A stretch of 64,000 nt of DNA from positions 431,621 to 495,620 of the forward strand of contig OZ025715.1 of assembly GCA_964019335.1 (NCBI GenBank), read 5' to 3'. Source of the DNA: Diplonema japonicum. Taxonomy: Eukaryota; Protista; Euglenozoa: Diplonemea. Positions 25,984-39,075 of this stretch are shown one piece after another. How positions within the stretch are numbered: position 1 is the stretch's first letter; each line of letters begins with the position of its first letter. The notes under the pieces were generated by a model. That model worked only from the letters and a program-made list of their open reading frames with translations, was not told where the DNA came from and made no database searches. Position numbers and translations under genes: made by a program.

Positions 25984-26361
25984 CAGGGCCGCTGCACAGC
26001 CCGCAGTGGGTCCGTAGGATTGGTGCAATGCAAAAGTTTACATAGAGAGTGTTCTATCTTACGGAAGCCAGTGATGGATGGCAAAATAATAATAATATGG
26101 TTTTTCCTGTCGGTTTTTACTTTTTTTATCTTTTCCTTTTAGTCTTATTTCGAAAGAATCTTTGGGGGGAAATTGCAAAAGAGAAGAAGAAAAAAAGGAA
26201 TAATCGGTACATTGGATGAAGAAGAGAAAGAGAAAGGAAAAAGGCAGAAAAGAAAAGGAAAGAAAAAAAAAGAAAATTGTAAAAGCAAAATTGAGAGGTC
26301 TGTTTTTTCTTCACTTTTTGAGCAATTCGCCTTGTCAATTCCTGAACACAACTACAGAGTG

Positions 26362-27764
26362 ATGGGTACAGATGGGTACGTGGTGTACTCCGCGAATGGC
26401 GCGTGCATCAAGGTGACTCCTGAATACGAGGTCAGTAGCTTGCTGGGGAAAGGGAGCTATGGGGTGGTATTCAGTGGCAGTAAGGGAACACAGCCAGTGG
26501 CCATCAAGAAGATCACCATAGGGCACCGGTTCAGCCCCTCACAGGAGATACTCAAGGCTGTAGTTCGTACCGTGCGTGAGATCCGTCTTATGAGGCACTT
26601 CGAGCACCCGAACATCGTCAGGCTTTTGGACATCATCAGGCCGCCCTCCGCAACTGATATCACAGAGATCAATATTGTGATGGACCTCATGGACTGCGAC
26701 TTGTGGTCCATTATGCACCCCAAGCCGAAGGAAGAGGATACTGTGGTGCTCCCCCCTGGTGCCACCCTCACCTGGTCAACCTGCAACATCCTTCACAGCG
26801 AATCTCAGGCCCCATCCCTCGCCCCCATGGTGGGCAGACACCTCCTTGCGATCGACGGCACCTCTGTCACTAACCTTGATACCATTCGTTCCCTCACCAC
26901 TTCTACCACCGAGAGTTTCAGTCTTACCTTCGAGCCCGTGAAACGCGTACTGGATCCCATCCAAGTGCAGCACATCATGTACCAACTGTTGAGGGGTGTG
27001 GCTGCCATGCACGCCTCTGGTACTATGCATCGTGACCTCAAGCCCCAAAATGTCTTGGCCGACTCATCCTGCAACATCAAGGTGTGCGACTTTGGCCTTG
27101 CTAGGGAGCTTGACGGCGAGCCTCTCACATGCTACGTAGAGACACGCTGGTACAGAGCCCCCGAGCTGATCATGGAGTACAAATACTACGACTTTAAGGT
27201 CGATGTGTGGTCGCTGGGATGCATACTGGCAGAGCTTCTGCATCCTGTGAATTCTGTGCTGTTCAGGGGGAAGTCCTCGAAGGACCAGCTGGACTTGATC
27301 CTCGACAGACTTGGGGTGCCCTCGGAGGAGGTCGTTTCGGAGGTGTGCAGCGAAGCGATGACGAGTGTGAAGACCCATATCTTAGGGTACCAGAGGCGCA
27401 ACGTGCCTGACGAGCCTCCGACTGCGGACCCGCTTACAGCAGACCTGCTACAGAAGGTATGTTTGATGTTATCTTTCATATTATCATGACAGATGCTGCA
27501 GTTCAGCCCCTCAAAGAGGTACACTGTGCAGCAGTGCATGCAACACTCGTACTTCGATACTTATAAAGAGATGTGTGAGGTTGCTGACGATGTGTATCCC
27601 ACCAAGCAGTTCCCACCTGTGCTATCTGTAGAGGACAGCAACATCGAGGACGAGGACGAGAAGCTTGCAGCTGTCACGGGTATGCACCATATCTCCCCCA
27701 CTCTCATCCCGCAGCTATGCTTGTGGATGAAATCAAAGCGTTCCACAGTAGCTTCGGCCGGTAG
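26362..27764 (+). CDS. MAP kinase-like CMGC kinase with a ~75-aa insertion
   Basis: GKGSYG, VAIKKI, REIRLMRHFEHPNI, HRDLKPQN, DFGLAR, activation loop LTCYVETRWYRAPE (TxY). Introns about 27457-27492 and 27680-27714. Confidence 0.9.
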
Positions 27765-28199
27765 TAACCTTCGCATACCTAAGCTTATCCTATGGTAATC
27801 TTTTTATTTCCCGCTTATTTTACTAACCTTGTATATTCTTGTCTTTTCCCTTCTCTTTTCTGCTCGCCTAACCAAAGGGAACTACTACGCCACTCGTTGT
27901 CTTACCACCCCTACAAGGGGTGACCCCCTAGCCTTATTTGAGGATAACAGCGGGTAATGCATGTAAACCTGACAACCGGGAATGGAACCTGTCCTGCTGG
28001 TTTAGGGTTCATTGCACGTACCTACTTTTGTTGCTTGTCTTGTTTGCCCATGTTTTTTTTTTTCCTTTCGTTTTCTTAAGCCCAGTGTTTTCTTGTTCTA
28101 ACTTCTTTGTTTTCTCATCTGGTCTATCTTCATTCTGGCTCCTGCTTTTGTATTGTTGTCGCTTGCAACTGTTACATTCGCCAACAGGATCATGCGTAG

Positions 28200-31100
28200 A
28201 TGCTTGCGGGAAGTGACTGGCTTGAGTGCCTCGACACTGATGGTAAGCTGTTACCTGTGATATCACGTCCGTGCAGCACACGCGTGCCTTCCACTCACAG
28301 CTGTTCTTTGCCTCCCACTCCTCCTAATGAACCTAAGTATCCTTCTGGTGCGAAGCACCGGCGACGCGGTCGGCACAAGCAAGAAGAAGCTACTCTGAAG
28401 TTCTGCAAGACGATCGAGGGTCTCCGCCTCGAGCGAACAATGCTGAACTGCGACACGCTTTACATGAAACGTTCCGTCGAACGGCATCCAGCACGGCACC
28501 CACCAGTGCCGCCGAAGAGCGAACGACACGCTAAGGCTTCCAGCCCGCAGCACTACTCCTTTTCGAGCACACAGCCATCGTCTGGAACTGCACGATTACC
28601 GGCTACGAACATACGTTCGGCGCTTTCCAAGAGGAGCCAGCAACTTGCCAACTCCATTGCGTTGAAGAAACTGTGTAAGATACATAGCGGCGGGCAATGG
28701 GCAGGGCTCAGCACCGAAATCAAAGCACCCTGCGTATCCACGCTAGCAACATCGGCGGAGGAGCAGGCTGTCGTGGAGCACGTCATCAGAGACTCAGACA
28801 AGGTGAAGACCATCGACTGCAAAGGGGCCACTATACACGGAAAGAAGGCTAAATTCTTGGTGAATGTACTTGCACAAAACAAAAACATCATGGAGGTGTC
28901 CTTGGAAGGTGCTGTTGTTTCGGACGAGCTGCGGAACGTCATCGACGTACTCATATCGCGGAATAAAAAGACAAAGCAGGATGCAAAAGAGAGAAGGTTG
29001 CAAAAGAAGAAGAAGATTAAGTTAGACAAGCAGCGTGCGATAGAAGCCATCAACAAACAGCTAGAGAAGCGCGAGTATTTCAAACAGAAGATGGAGCGTA
29101 GCGCGAAAGGGTTGATGGAACAGAAACACCGTGCCAAGCTTGAGGAGAGGGAAGCAGAAGAGTGGGGACAACTGTTGAGTGAGCAGCTCGAGGCACGTCA
29201 ACAAGCTGTTTTGCTCACCGTACAGATGACTAATCTACGTAACCAGCAGATAAAGCAGCTAGTTTGTGAGCAAGAGGCAGAACGCAACGAGCATGAGGTG
29301 AGCGAGCGGCAGGTGCGTGGGTATGCTAAGGTTATGGAAATACGTCGTCGGGAGGACATTCTGAACCGACAGAGGGCGTTTGAGAAACTGCAAGCGGAAG
29401 AAAGAAAGGTAGTCACCACACAAGAGACAGAAGCACGAAGGGCGATACGCATGCAGTACGAGAGGATATTAACCGGTTTCACACAGCAGCAGGAGACTGA
29501 GTATGCCGTGGTTCGCATCATGCAAAGAGAACGCGAGAACAAGCAGTACGAGTTGGAAAGGGCGGCAATCCGAGCTGAGGCACAACGTAGACAGCTGCAG
29601 CAAGAGCAGCAAAGCGCGCGAAACGCTCACTACCTTCACAATGATGAGGTGCTGGCTTTGATAATGTCAGCACAGGAAAAGGCATGGGGCAAACTACTCG
29701 AAGAAGCACTGCTAGGTAGGTTGGTTACTGAAGGCCGTACAGCACAACGGGAAGCAGAAGAGAAGCACAAGAAGCGGGTACGCATGGCTGAGTGCATACT
29801 ACCAGAGCTCCACGTCAACCCGATGCAGGAGTCATGCCAGTTCGTCAGTGGTATGATAAGCGGCGAGTGCGTCTTTGCGTCTCCTTGTGTAGAGCTAGCC
29901 GTGTCGCTGGTGAATATCGAGCTGCTTTCAGACAGCGTGCAGGAGTACAAACAGGTTATCCGGGGAGGTTCAATCAGAGCTGACCTTGAAGGGTATGGCA
30001 AAGTGCTGCTGAGTACCGGCAAGGGTGTGTCTACCAGCGCATTTTTGTACGACGATGACAGCACAAGTTCTGTGTGGGAAGACTCGCTGGAAATAGTAGG
30101 GTCTGCTGTGATGCTCAACTCACAAGAAGTTGCTGAGATCGAGAAAACGGAAAAGAGCTTGCGGTTAAACTTCTTAAAACGCGAACAGCCAATCAGTTGC
30201 GAGGAAGTGCAGCTGCTGCTGAGGTACATAGCGTGGCAGCCCGATGCCGATGCCGGCGGTGCCTCGTTGTCTGTAAGTGTTGAGCTAGAGTTCATGCATC
30301 CTCATTCGTGCGATGCACAGCAAGTTGACGCAGTGTATATCATCAAGTTAGACGTGCTGCCTTCGTACATCGGCATCAAGGAAGAGCATCTTAAAAGGAG
30401 GGAGTATGTAGAAGAATCTGGGCCAACACACCTTGTGAGTGAGATATGCCTGAGAATGGAAGGGGCTGTGACATCGCTTGATATGAGCACCCCGTGCCAC
30501 GATGTGGCTGTGCCGCCCTTGCTTATCGTGATTGACTTCGAAAAGGGTTGGACGCCAGATGACAGGATCTTCATTAAGGGCGATCTATGGTCATTGGACG
30601 AAGCAGATTTACACTACAAGAAGAATCGCATATTCACGGTGTCAGGGGACGTTACAGTCTACAAGGAAAGCGCCACTCTAAAGAAGAAGACTGCTTGGGA
30701 GCGGCTTGAGTTTACCACGACAGATGAAACAACCTTAGGACACATGAAGAGGCTGCTGCACAGCTTGGTGTATCTAAACTCTTCGAAAGACCCAGTCCCG
30801 GGGAACAGAGACATTACACTTATGATCGCCAACATAGAAACGTGGATGACGTGCGGTGCAGTCGTCAAGCTGGCGATCACTGCTGTCGACGACCCAACAA
30901 CTCTCGAAATGTGTGTTTCTGAGGTACAGTACAAGGTCAAAAACGGTGACCTACCCCCATCCGTACAACAGTACACGCAAGAGCAGCAGCCTGTGTTGCT
31001 TGCCCCAAGGGCCATAGTTGCTGACCCCGACACGACATACTTCAAAGGGGGCTGGTTCAGCGCGCAGCTTGGCGGTGCTTTTAAAGGTGATGTCTTGGTG

Positions 31101-34100
31101 ATACGTGAGTCGGATGGTCTCTCTTGCGACAGCGAGACTGGGCTTTTATCATGCTGCGGTGAAGTGCTGGGAACCGTCAGGCATGGGATGGGGAGGGGTG
31201 ACAGCGACCGAATAGGACTAGAGTTTAGCCCCGAAGGGACAGGAAATATTGATGCTGTACAGCAGTTCGTGCGCTCGCTTGCCTTTGTTAACACGCTCGC
31301 CAAGCCAAAGCTGGGTCCGCGTACCGTCACAATAAACATGATCGTGGGGGACCCCTCTGACACGGACGTGCTGCGCAAGTATGACCCACACATACCAATC
31401 GAAGGCAAGGTGGTGGTGAATGTAATCGAACCCATCATCACCATTCCACTGGACAAGGCCTCCATGACACATAGGGAAGGCGGTGTGTCAATCATCCCTC
31501 CTATATCGCTGATGCAAGAAACTGAAAAGGACTGGAACGAGCTATATAACGTAGTCATCAAGGTGAAGGTAGTGTGTGGCGCCGGTATCGAAGACCTGCT
31601 TGCTCTTAAAGAGGTGGAGAGTCCTGACTGGTTCACATCACGAGCATGTCTTGAAGATAGTCTTGTGATTCGCTCTTCCAAGAGTGCTGAAACAAGTGAG
31701 GGTGCCTTCTCAGCAGGTGATAAGTGGCAAACCATGGCAGCCAAACAGCGCAAGAGAGCACAGGAAGCTACGGAGAAGCTTCAAGCGGTGACAAGCGCGG
31801 CTCAGTCTGTCACAACTTACGAGCTGTACAATGACCAGAAGCAGTATTTTGGAAATTGGAAGACGCAGAATAAAGGGGAGCTGATTGTGACGCTGGGAAG
31901 AAAAAAGAAAACCGACCACCTTAGGAGAAAAGACGTGCAGCAGGTGCTGAGGTCTATTAGCTACGAGCTAAACACATCAAATCCATGCACTCTGAAGAAG
32001 GTGCTGTGTGTGATGTTCGAGGACGTTCACGGGCACGGCAGCCAGTGCCTCATCGACATGAGCATACAGGAGGTCGACGACGTTACAGAGATCCACCGTC
32101 CAGGAGGACCCAACCAGCTGCTGCAGTACAGACAAGGTACACAGCAGTATGCAATCGCACATAACGCGTGCCTTTACGACCCTGATTCTTTCCACTTCAA
32201 CGGTGGGCTGGTGTCGTGCCAGCTCATTAGCGGTGGCGACCAAGGCGATCAACTGGGCCTGCTCCCTGTCGAGTGCCAGAAAGAGCAATGCATCAATGCA
32301 GCTTCGTCCTATGAAGACACACCAGAGTGGTGGGATGAGCAGATACTCATCGAACAGCGAGGCAAGAGGCTCTACCTGCTCGGCAGTGGCGAGGGGAGGC
32401 TAATCGGGAGCATCAAGACTGAAAGCAAGAGTGTTGTCGATAAAACAGTGAAGAAGAACCCTTCCATGCTGCCCGTGTCGGCTCTAACAGTGTATTTGAT
32501 AACTGAAGATGGCAACTTCAAGTTCCCCAAGAAGGCCTCTGAAAGGTTGAAGCAAGCAGCAGGAAAAAAGCAGTCGCAAATATCTGAAACTGTTTCAAAG
32601 CTGAAGAAGCAGCAGGAAAAAGAAGAAATACAAACTGAGGTTGAGAAGTCGGACGGTGCCAAGGAGCCCCAGGCGCGGGAAGGTGCACTCGACGACTCCG
32701 AGACGTTGTCGCAGTCTAGCGACAAGTTGAGCGACGCAACCTCTGGATGCAGCAACAGCGACGAGGTTCCACATGTGACTCTCTTAATGGCCCAACACGT
32801 TATGAGGTGCTTCACATATAAGAACATAACTAAAGCTTCAAAGCTTAAGCCGGGGGTGCGTTCGTACCTCATCAAGATAGGTCCCCAAGGGTGCAATGAG
32901 TACGGGAAACTGAAGGTGAATATCAACGTGACGGCCCCCCTCATCTATCAGGGCGACTTCAACATCGACACAGTGTACACAGAACGTAGCGGGCCGATGA
33001 TCATTAACCCGAAGGTCATCGTCAACGTGCCAGCTGAGAAGCAGTTCAACTCAGGTTACATTGAAATTGCAATAACCTCGGGCCTGAGCGAGTGCGATGC
33101 AATAGGGCTCCCTACTACTGGGTTTTCGGTTAAAGGGGGGAAGAGTTTGTTCTGTGGGCCAACAACGCTGGTGGGATGTGTGTCAACACACATGCGGAAC
33201 GATTATGTACACAAACTGAGAGTGATCTTCGACAACACATGCAAGATGACGGGAAAGATACTGCAGCAGCTGATAAGAAGCGTTACGTTCTCAAACGATT
33301 CGCACACACCAGATGATGTGATGCGCGTGGTGACCTTCTCCGTGACGGACAAAGACGGTGCGGGTGACGTGTCTTCATTAACAACTGAGATAGGTTTCCA
33401 GGCAATTGATGATATGACGGAAATAGAACTGTCCAAGCACCACCACAACTACGTAAAGGGCAGCAAGCCCTTCAAGCTATTCCCAGACGTGAAGGTGACG
33501 GACTCCGACACACCAGTCTTTGACACGCCAGGTAACGTTGAGATCATAGGCTCGCAGAGCGACTGCCTCAGCATCGAGAACGAAGGCGAACTGGAAGTGA
33601 ATTGGAACCAAGGTAATATAACATGGGACGAGACTGTGATCGCGACGATGGAGAGGTTCGAAGAAGAGCCGCCAAACAAAGCCGATAAGAAAAAGCCGGG
33701 GGCCAAGAAGAAGGTGAAACCTCTGCAGAAGAACGAGAGGCAGGGTGTAGTAAAGATTAAGCTGCTTCTTGTCGAATGTAGCCTGTCTTGCTTGGAGGCT
33801 CTGCTGCGCGCAGTGACCTTCTTCAATAATGGGCGCTCAGAGCACACTGCGCGGAAAACGATACGGCTGATTGTGCGTGCCACGAACGAGGTGACGCCTA
33901 CGAAGGTTACACTGACAGTCGACCTCGTAAACCCGCTGGTGGACTACAGCAGCTGCGTGCCTGAAGTGCAGATCGAGGGCTATGGCAAACCAGCGGAGAT
34001 AGTCCCGAACTTCGTGCTGCTCACAAAGAACGTGCAAAACTCAACCTTCGAACTTTGTAGTCAGCACAAGAGCGACGCCTGCGACCTGCCACCCTTGCCA

Positions 34101-34498
34101 ACGGCAGTCATCAGACCCCAGCTCATCTTCCACTGCAAGGACGGTGTGACCAGAAAGGGTGAAGATGTGTACGTTGACAAGGAGAAACTAGGTGTCCTAA
34201 CAGAGCAGGAAGGTTACATGAAATTCGAGGTCAAGAAGAAGAACCCGAAAGACATGCAGCCCGCAGTACAGCGAGTGGGTAGGTGCTTCGCCGCTGAAAT
34301 GGTGGCGAACCACGATGGTATGCCCACCATGGATGATACTCCTGCAGGGCTTTTCCGAGGGGGTGTCACTGAGCCCATTGTGGTCAAGTTTACATTCACT
34401 GACAATCTTGGCTTACGGGTATGTCTCTTTCCCTGTCATTCTCACAGGCGTCTCTCACGGATATTGTCATAAACACCCCGAAGCCGCTTATTGATTAG
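28200..34498 (+). CDS. ~2100-aa protein: LRR-like segment, long coiled coil, tandem beta-rich adhesin/cadherin-like repeats
   Basis: 2090-aa ORF plus 29-nt intron 34419-34447. Recurrent unit ends LHSLVYLNSSKDPVPGNRDI, VRSLAFVN..PKLGPRTV, LRSISYELNTSNP, IRSVTFSNDSHTPDDVMRVVTFSVTD, LRAVTFFN. Confidence 0.75.
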
Positions 34499-34581
34499 TC
34501 AATGCAGCGTTTTCCAATGCTGCTTGCGCACCGTGTCATTGTCTTAGTTGTACATCTACAAAGGAAAGCACAATAGGAAAC

Positions 34582-36093
34582 ATGGACCTGCTCCTCCATC
34601 ACATGGAGGTGAACCTTCGAATGGGCAACAGCAGTGAAAGTGGCAGTGCAAGCGACAGCGGCAGTGGGGACAACCCCACAATGTATGTTAATGAACCAAG
34701 TAATCCACAACAGGCAAGCAATATGTATCACGCTAGCCATTATCTATGGGTTGCTTTGGATGAGGTCCATCCAGGTATGTCCTTTGTTTGTGGAAACATC
34801 TTTAGGTAATTATCAACTTTCTTCGCATGAGCCACGGCAGCGTGAATGACGTTGCAGAAAGCGCCCCGTTGGCTGCGAATGACTGCTCGGCGAACTACGG
34901 GCTGTCTGGGTCGGCATCCCTCGTCCCTCCGCAGCCCCAGCACACTGAGAAGAGGAACACGAGTGCATCAGGGGTATGGTTGTTCATCGATTATGTACCC
35001 TTTACAGAAAGTCATGTTTCATTTCTATAGCACCCTGTGCTTCCTGTCACTAAGCAGGATGGTCACATGGTCCGTCAGCGCGGGTGTGAGAAACCTTGAG
35101 AGCTCTAACGTCCAGCTCGCTGTGGTCGCCATCCCCAGTCTCTTCTACTTTGTCATGTTGTACATTTTGGTCAACAGCTGGTGGTGTGCCTACGACGCTC
35201 TCATTGCCACAACAGGCAACCCAGAGGAACAACATTCCATTCAAAGCCGCATGAGGAAGCCAGCCATGGTACTTATGTCCCTCTTATGGCTCGTTACCAT
35301 CATTCTGTACGTGTACCTCATCACCTCCGAAAAGCTGACGACGGGTAGCACCCAGCAGAACATCATGCTTGGTTACACTGGTGGGCTCTTCCTCATTATT
35401 GGCATGTTGTTCATCAGAGTGGGCTCTATTGTGCACAAAAAGCTTGGCGAGCTCCCTTATAACTACCCTGGGACACAGCAATTGAAGAAGAAGGTTTTTA
35501 GAATCACTGTGTTCATCGGGCCCAGTTGCATCCTTCGAGCTATCTTCACTGTGTTTCAGATCGCACCTGACAACAACTTCCTTAGTCGCTTCGTGAACGG
35601 CGACTATTTCCCCTTGGCCTTCTACATGCTCTTCGAGGTGCTGCCTATCCTTGGTGTCATGTCGACACTGCAGGCCTATTACCGAGGAGAAGATGATGAA
35701 AACGAGCCACCTGCCCCGGCCATCTCGCCTTCACGGCAGGTTACCGTAGCGCCTGGCATCGCAAGTAGGGTTACTGTTGATGCTGGGGGGTCTGCAAGAG
35801 GAAGCTTGCAGCCCGCATTGAATGCCTTCGATCGCCACGCCGCGTCGGCTCCAGGGGGATTGAACCTCAAGGTTGGAGGTCGCACCAGCATCGGAAACTT
35901 GGGTGCGACAAGCGCGCCCGTCATCCCACGTGATCAGTGCCCTGCGCCGAAAGCCTCGGCCCCACTCCCCCCACCACCTCCACCTCCTCCACCTCCCCAA
36001 CCTGAAACTCATGTCCCCACCGCCCACTCGTGCGATGCTGACAAAGAAGACGATCATATCAACAGATCATCCAAGCATTACTTGCAAGCTTAG
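34582..36093 (+). CDS. TOM1/THH1-like multi-pass (about 7 TM) membrane protein
   Basis: Three 5' introns (about 34683-34712, 34775-34805, 34974-35007) give one frame. KVMFHFY recalls the TOM1 QKVFH motif; hydrophobic helices and a Pro-rich tail follow. Confidence 0.6.
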
Positions 36094-36422
36094 CTTCATG
36101 TGCCCCAGCAGCTGCCAATGCTTGAGCCACTGTGCTGGTCCTTACGTTGTATAACTGTTTCGTTCAACAGTCGCACTGTCGACATCTTTTATCTGTTAAG
36201 TTACGTAAGTAGTGCCTCGGCACACCGTGCCTTTCGAATTGCACCTGCATTTCGTGTATTGAAACGTGTTTAGAATGCAGCAATGCTTTTTGCGAAGTGC
36301 ATCTTTGATTCATATGTGAGTGCAACGAGCTTGCTTCAAAACGAAAGCTGCTTTTTCAATTTGTTCCTGCTCGGCTTTTTAACACCTTACTTACAGACAC
36401 ACAAAAAAAAAAAAAAAAGAAT

Positions 36423-38633
36423 ATGCAGCGGCGTGCAGCGATATGTCTGCTCCTTGCGCACCTCGTGCAGGGGAACATGATGGATGTGATTGAGAAATAC
36501 AGGGTTGCGTCTAAGAACTGCCCGCTGGGTTGCGACGATTGGACGAACCACAACGCGTCCCTGTGGCACGCGGGGAAGGTGCCGAGCGATGCGGGGAGCT
36601 ACTGCGCGCAGCCTGGGGCGGCTGTGAACACGGCGTTGTACGGCGGGTGGTGCTACTGCAAGCAGCACACGGAGGAGGAGAAAGGGAAGAGGGAGGTTGG
36701 GTCGCCGCCGCCGCCGAGCTGGGACGACATCGGGAACGCACGGTGCGAAACGACGGTGAAGCAGTTCGGGGAGACGCCACCGGCGGGGTTCCAGTACGAC
36801 ACGCAGTCGGGGATGACGGGGTCGCTGTACTACTCGAAGCAGGTGAGCCTGGACACGTGCCAAGGGCTGTGCGTGAACAACCTGACGAACTGCGACTACG
36901 TGAGCTGGGGGCACGGGGGGTGGTGCTACCTCGCGGAGTGGTGCACGAACATGGTGCCGAAGGTGCTGGACTACGAGACGTACCACAACGGGGCGCAGCC
37001 TGTGCCGCCGGCACCGACGCCGCCTCCCAAGGACTGGGACTACTGCGTGCCGGTGGAGGGGGTGCCGGAGCAGGTGAACATCCAGATCGCGTCCGGGAAC
37101 GCTGTGGTGATCTCGTGGGTGACGTTCGAGTCTGTTGCGCCCTCGGCGGCACCGACAGCGACGGTGAACGGGACGGCGCACACGGGGGTGACGCACACGC
37201 ACACGACGCAGGCGCAGGACAGGGTGTACTACATGCACTTCGTGCTGGTGGAGAAGCTGACCGCAGGGGTGTACTACTCGTACACGGTGAAGAGCGGAGG
37301 GAGCGGGGCTGCGACGAGCGAGGCCTTCCTGTTCCGGGCGCCGAAGTCTTGGGCGGCGGACGCCCCCACCACCATGGACATCTACGGGGACATGGGGGTG
37401 TACACCTACAACAACATGGAGTGGCTGCACAAGGACTGCGTGACGGACGGGACGGTGGACCTGGTGGTGCACATGGGGGACCACGCCTACAACGAGGGGG
37501 AGGACGACGAGAGGCGTGCCGACGGCTACATGAACGGCTTCCAGCCCACCCTTTCCAGCTGCCCTTGGCTCCCGAACGTGGGGAACCACGAGTACTACAG
37601 CGGGGCGGAGCTGAACCGCTACCTTGACTCCACTTGGCAGAAGTGGGGACCTCTTCCGGCGACTGACCAGACGGCGGCGGCAGCGAAGGAGACTCAGAAC
37701 ACCACCACCACCACCACCACCAACAACAAGGTCAACAAGGAGAACAACCGCCGCTACAACGGATCGTCGTCCGCGACAAGCGCCCTCGGCTACCTCCTGT
37801 CTGCAGGGAACCACCACGGAGTCGGGGTTCACGGGGCCCTCCCCTCGAACACATCTAGGTACTTCAGCGTGAACTACGGGAAGGTGCACCTGGTGGCCCT
37901 GGACCTGAACGGCTACTACGGGACGGACCCGTGCGGTGCGCCTTGCCAAGAGGCGCAGCTGGCGTGGCTGAAGCAGGACCTCGCGGAGGCGAACAAGAAC
38001 AGGGACCAGTTCCCGTGGGTCGTGGTCTTCTCGCACTTCCCCCTGTTCTGCACTGGGTGCCAGACGAAGCAGTTCGCATCCTACTACGAGTCGAACGAGG
38101 CGGAGAAGAGCGGGAACGGGAACAAGACGGCGGCGACGGCGTGGGGGAAGTCCCCGGCGCACCTCGCGATGCTGAAGAAGATGGGGTTCAAGACCCCCGA
38201 CCTCACGGTGAAGGCAGGGTCGGACGTCACGATCGACACCTTCGAGCCCATCTTCCTGCAGTACGGGGTGGACCTGTACGTCGCAGGCCACTGGCACTAC
38301 TACGAGTCGCTGTACCCGGCGACGTCGGGGAAGGCCTCGTGCAAGACCTGCGCTGAGCCGACGCAGGACAACTTCGACAGCCCGAAGGTGACGGTGCACG
38401 TGACCTCTGGGAACGGCGGCCCTCCCGGGAAGGACAGCTTCACCGAGGACTGCCCGGGCCCCGACTGCGGCCACATCCCCGCCACCAGGAAGCAGACCAC
38501 AGAGTTCAGCTACGGGAGGATCACCGCCCACAACACCACCCACCTCACCTTCCAGCAGTTCTTCAACAGCAACGGCTCCCTCTTTGACTCCTGGACAATC
38601 TACCAGCCCAACCATGGACCCTTCACAAACTAA
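36423..38633 (+). CDS. Secreted purple acid phosphatase (ACP7-like) with Cys-rich/PAN-like N-terminal extension
   Basis: Signal peptide and all five metal-ligand motifs: GDMG, GDHAY, GNHE, VFSH, GHWH. FN3-like PEQVNI...VISWVT. Intronless and very GC3-rich. Confidence 0.9.
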   Translation: MQRRAAICLLLAHLVQGNMMDVIEKYRVASKNCPLGCDDWTNHNASLWHAGKVPSDAGSYCAQPGAAVNTALYGGWCYCKQHTEEEKGKREVGSPPPPSWDDIGNARCETTVKQFGETPPAGFQYDTQSGMTGSLYYSKQVSLDTCQGLCVNNLTNCDYVSWGHGGWCYLAEWCTNMVPKVLDYETYHNGAQPVPPAPTPPPKDWDYCVPVEGVPEQVNIQIASGNAVVISWVTFESVAPSAAPTATVNGTAHTGVTHTHTTQAQDRVYYMHFVLVEKLTAGVYYSYTVKSGGSGAATSEAFLFRAPKSWAADAPTTMDIYGDMGVYTYNNMEWLHKDCVTDGTVDLVVHMGDHAYNEGEDDERRADGYMNGFQPTLSSCPWLPNVGNHEYYSGAELNRYLDSTWQKWGPLPATDQTAAAAKETQNTTTTTTTNNKVNKENNRRYNGSSSATSALGYLLSAGNHHGVGVHGALPSNTSRYFSVNYGKVHLVALDLNGYYGTDPCGAPCQEAQLAWLKQDLAEANKNRDQFPWVVVFSHFPLFCTGCQTKQFASYYESNEAEKSGNGNKTAATAWGKSPAHLAMLKKMGFKTPDLTVKAGSDVTIDTFEPIFLQYGVDLYVAGHWHYYESLYPATSGKASCKTCAEPTQDNFDSPKVTVHVTSGNGGPPGKDSFTEDCPGPDCGHIPATRKQTTEFSYGRITAHNTTHLTFQQFFNSNGSLFDSWTIYQPNHGPFTN

Positions 38634-38770
38634 CTATTTTATTTTTATCTTTTGATTCAGAAACGATTCAAGTCCATTGACTATTCTCTTCTCATTCCCG
38701 CACTTCTCATTTCTTCCGTCCATTCCCTTTTCCCCATCTTTTGTTTACACCCAATGCCGTCATTCACGTG

Positions 38771-39075
38771 ACGTGCCTGCTGCGTGGGGGTGGTGAACTT
38801 TCTTCGCTGGAAAAGCGCCCCCCCTTCGCAAAAAACGTTACTCTTTATTGTCTGCATTGGGGTTCCGCCTTGTTGTTTTTTCCCCATTTTCCACATGGGT
38901 TTGGCACTGTTGTTTTGTTTTGAGATTTTCGGAAATGTTTCTTTCTTTCTGTGTTTTTTTTCCTTCTTCACGTCTTGTTCTAAAGTTACTTTAGAAATAG
39001 GGCGTCATCTTCTACCGATGGTAACCACATAACGTGCCTGCTGCGTGGGGTAATGAACTTTCTTCGCTGGAAAGC
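38771..39075. repeat. Intergenic direct repeat, two ~45-bp copies (38771-38816, 39032-39075)
   Basis: acgtgcctgctgcgtgggg(g)t(gg/aa)tgaactttcttcgctggaaa(a)gc. Confidence 0.85.

Noticed and set aside
36387-38615. 742-aa antisense ORF (and 365-aa alternate-frame ORF) over the phosphatase
   Set aside because: Expected shadow of extreme GC3 bias; no recognisable motifs.
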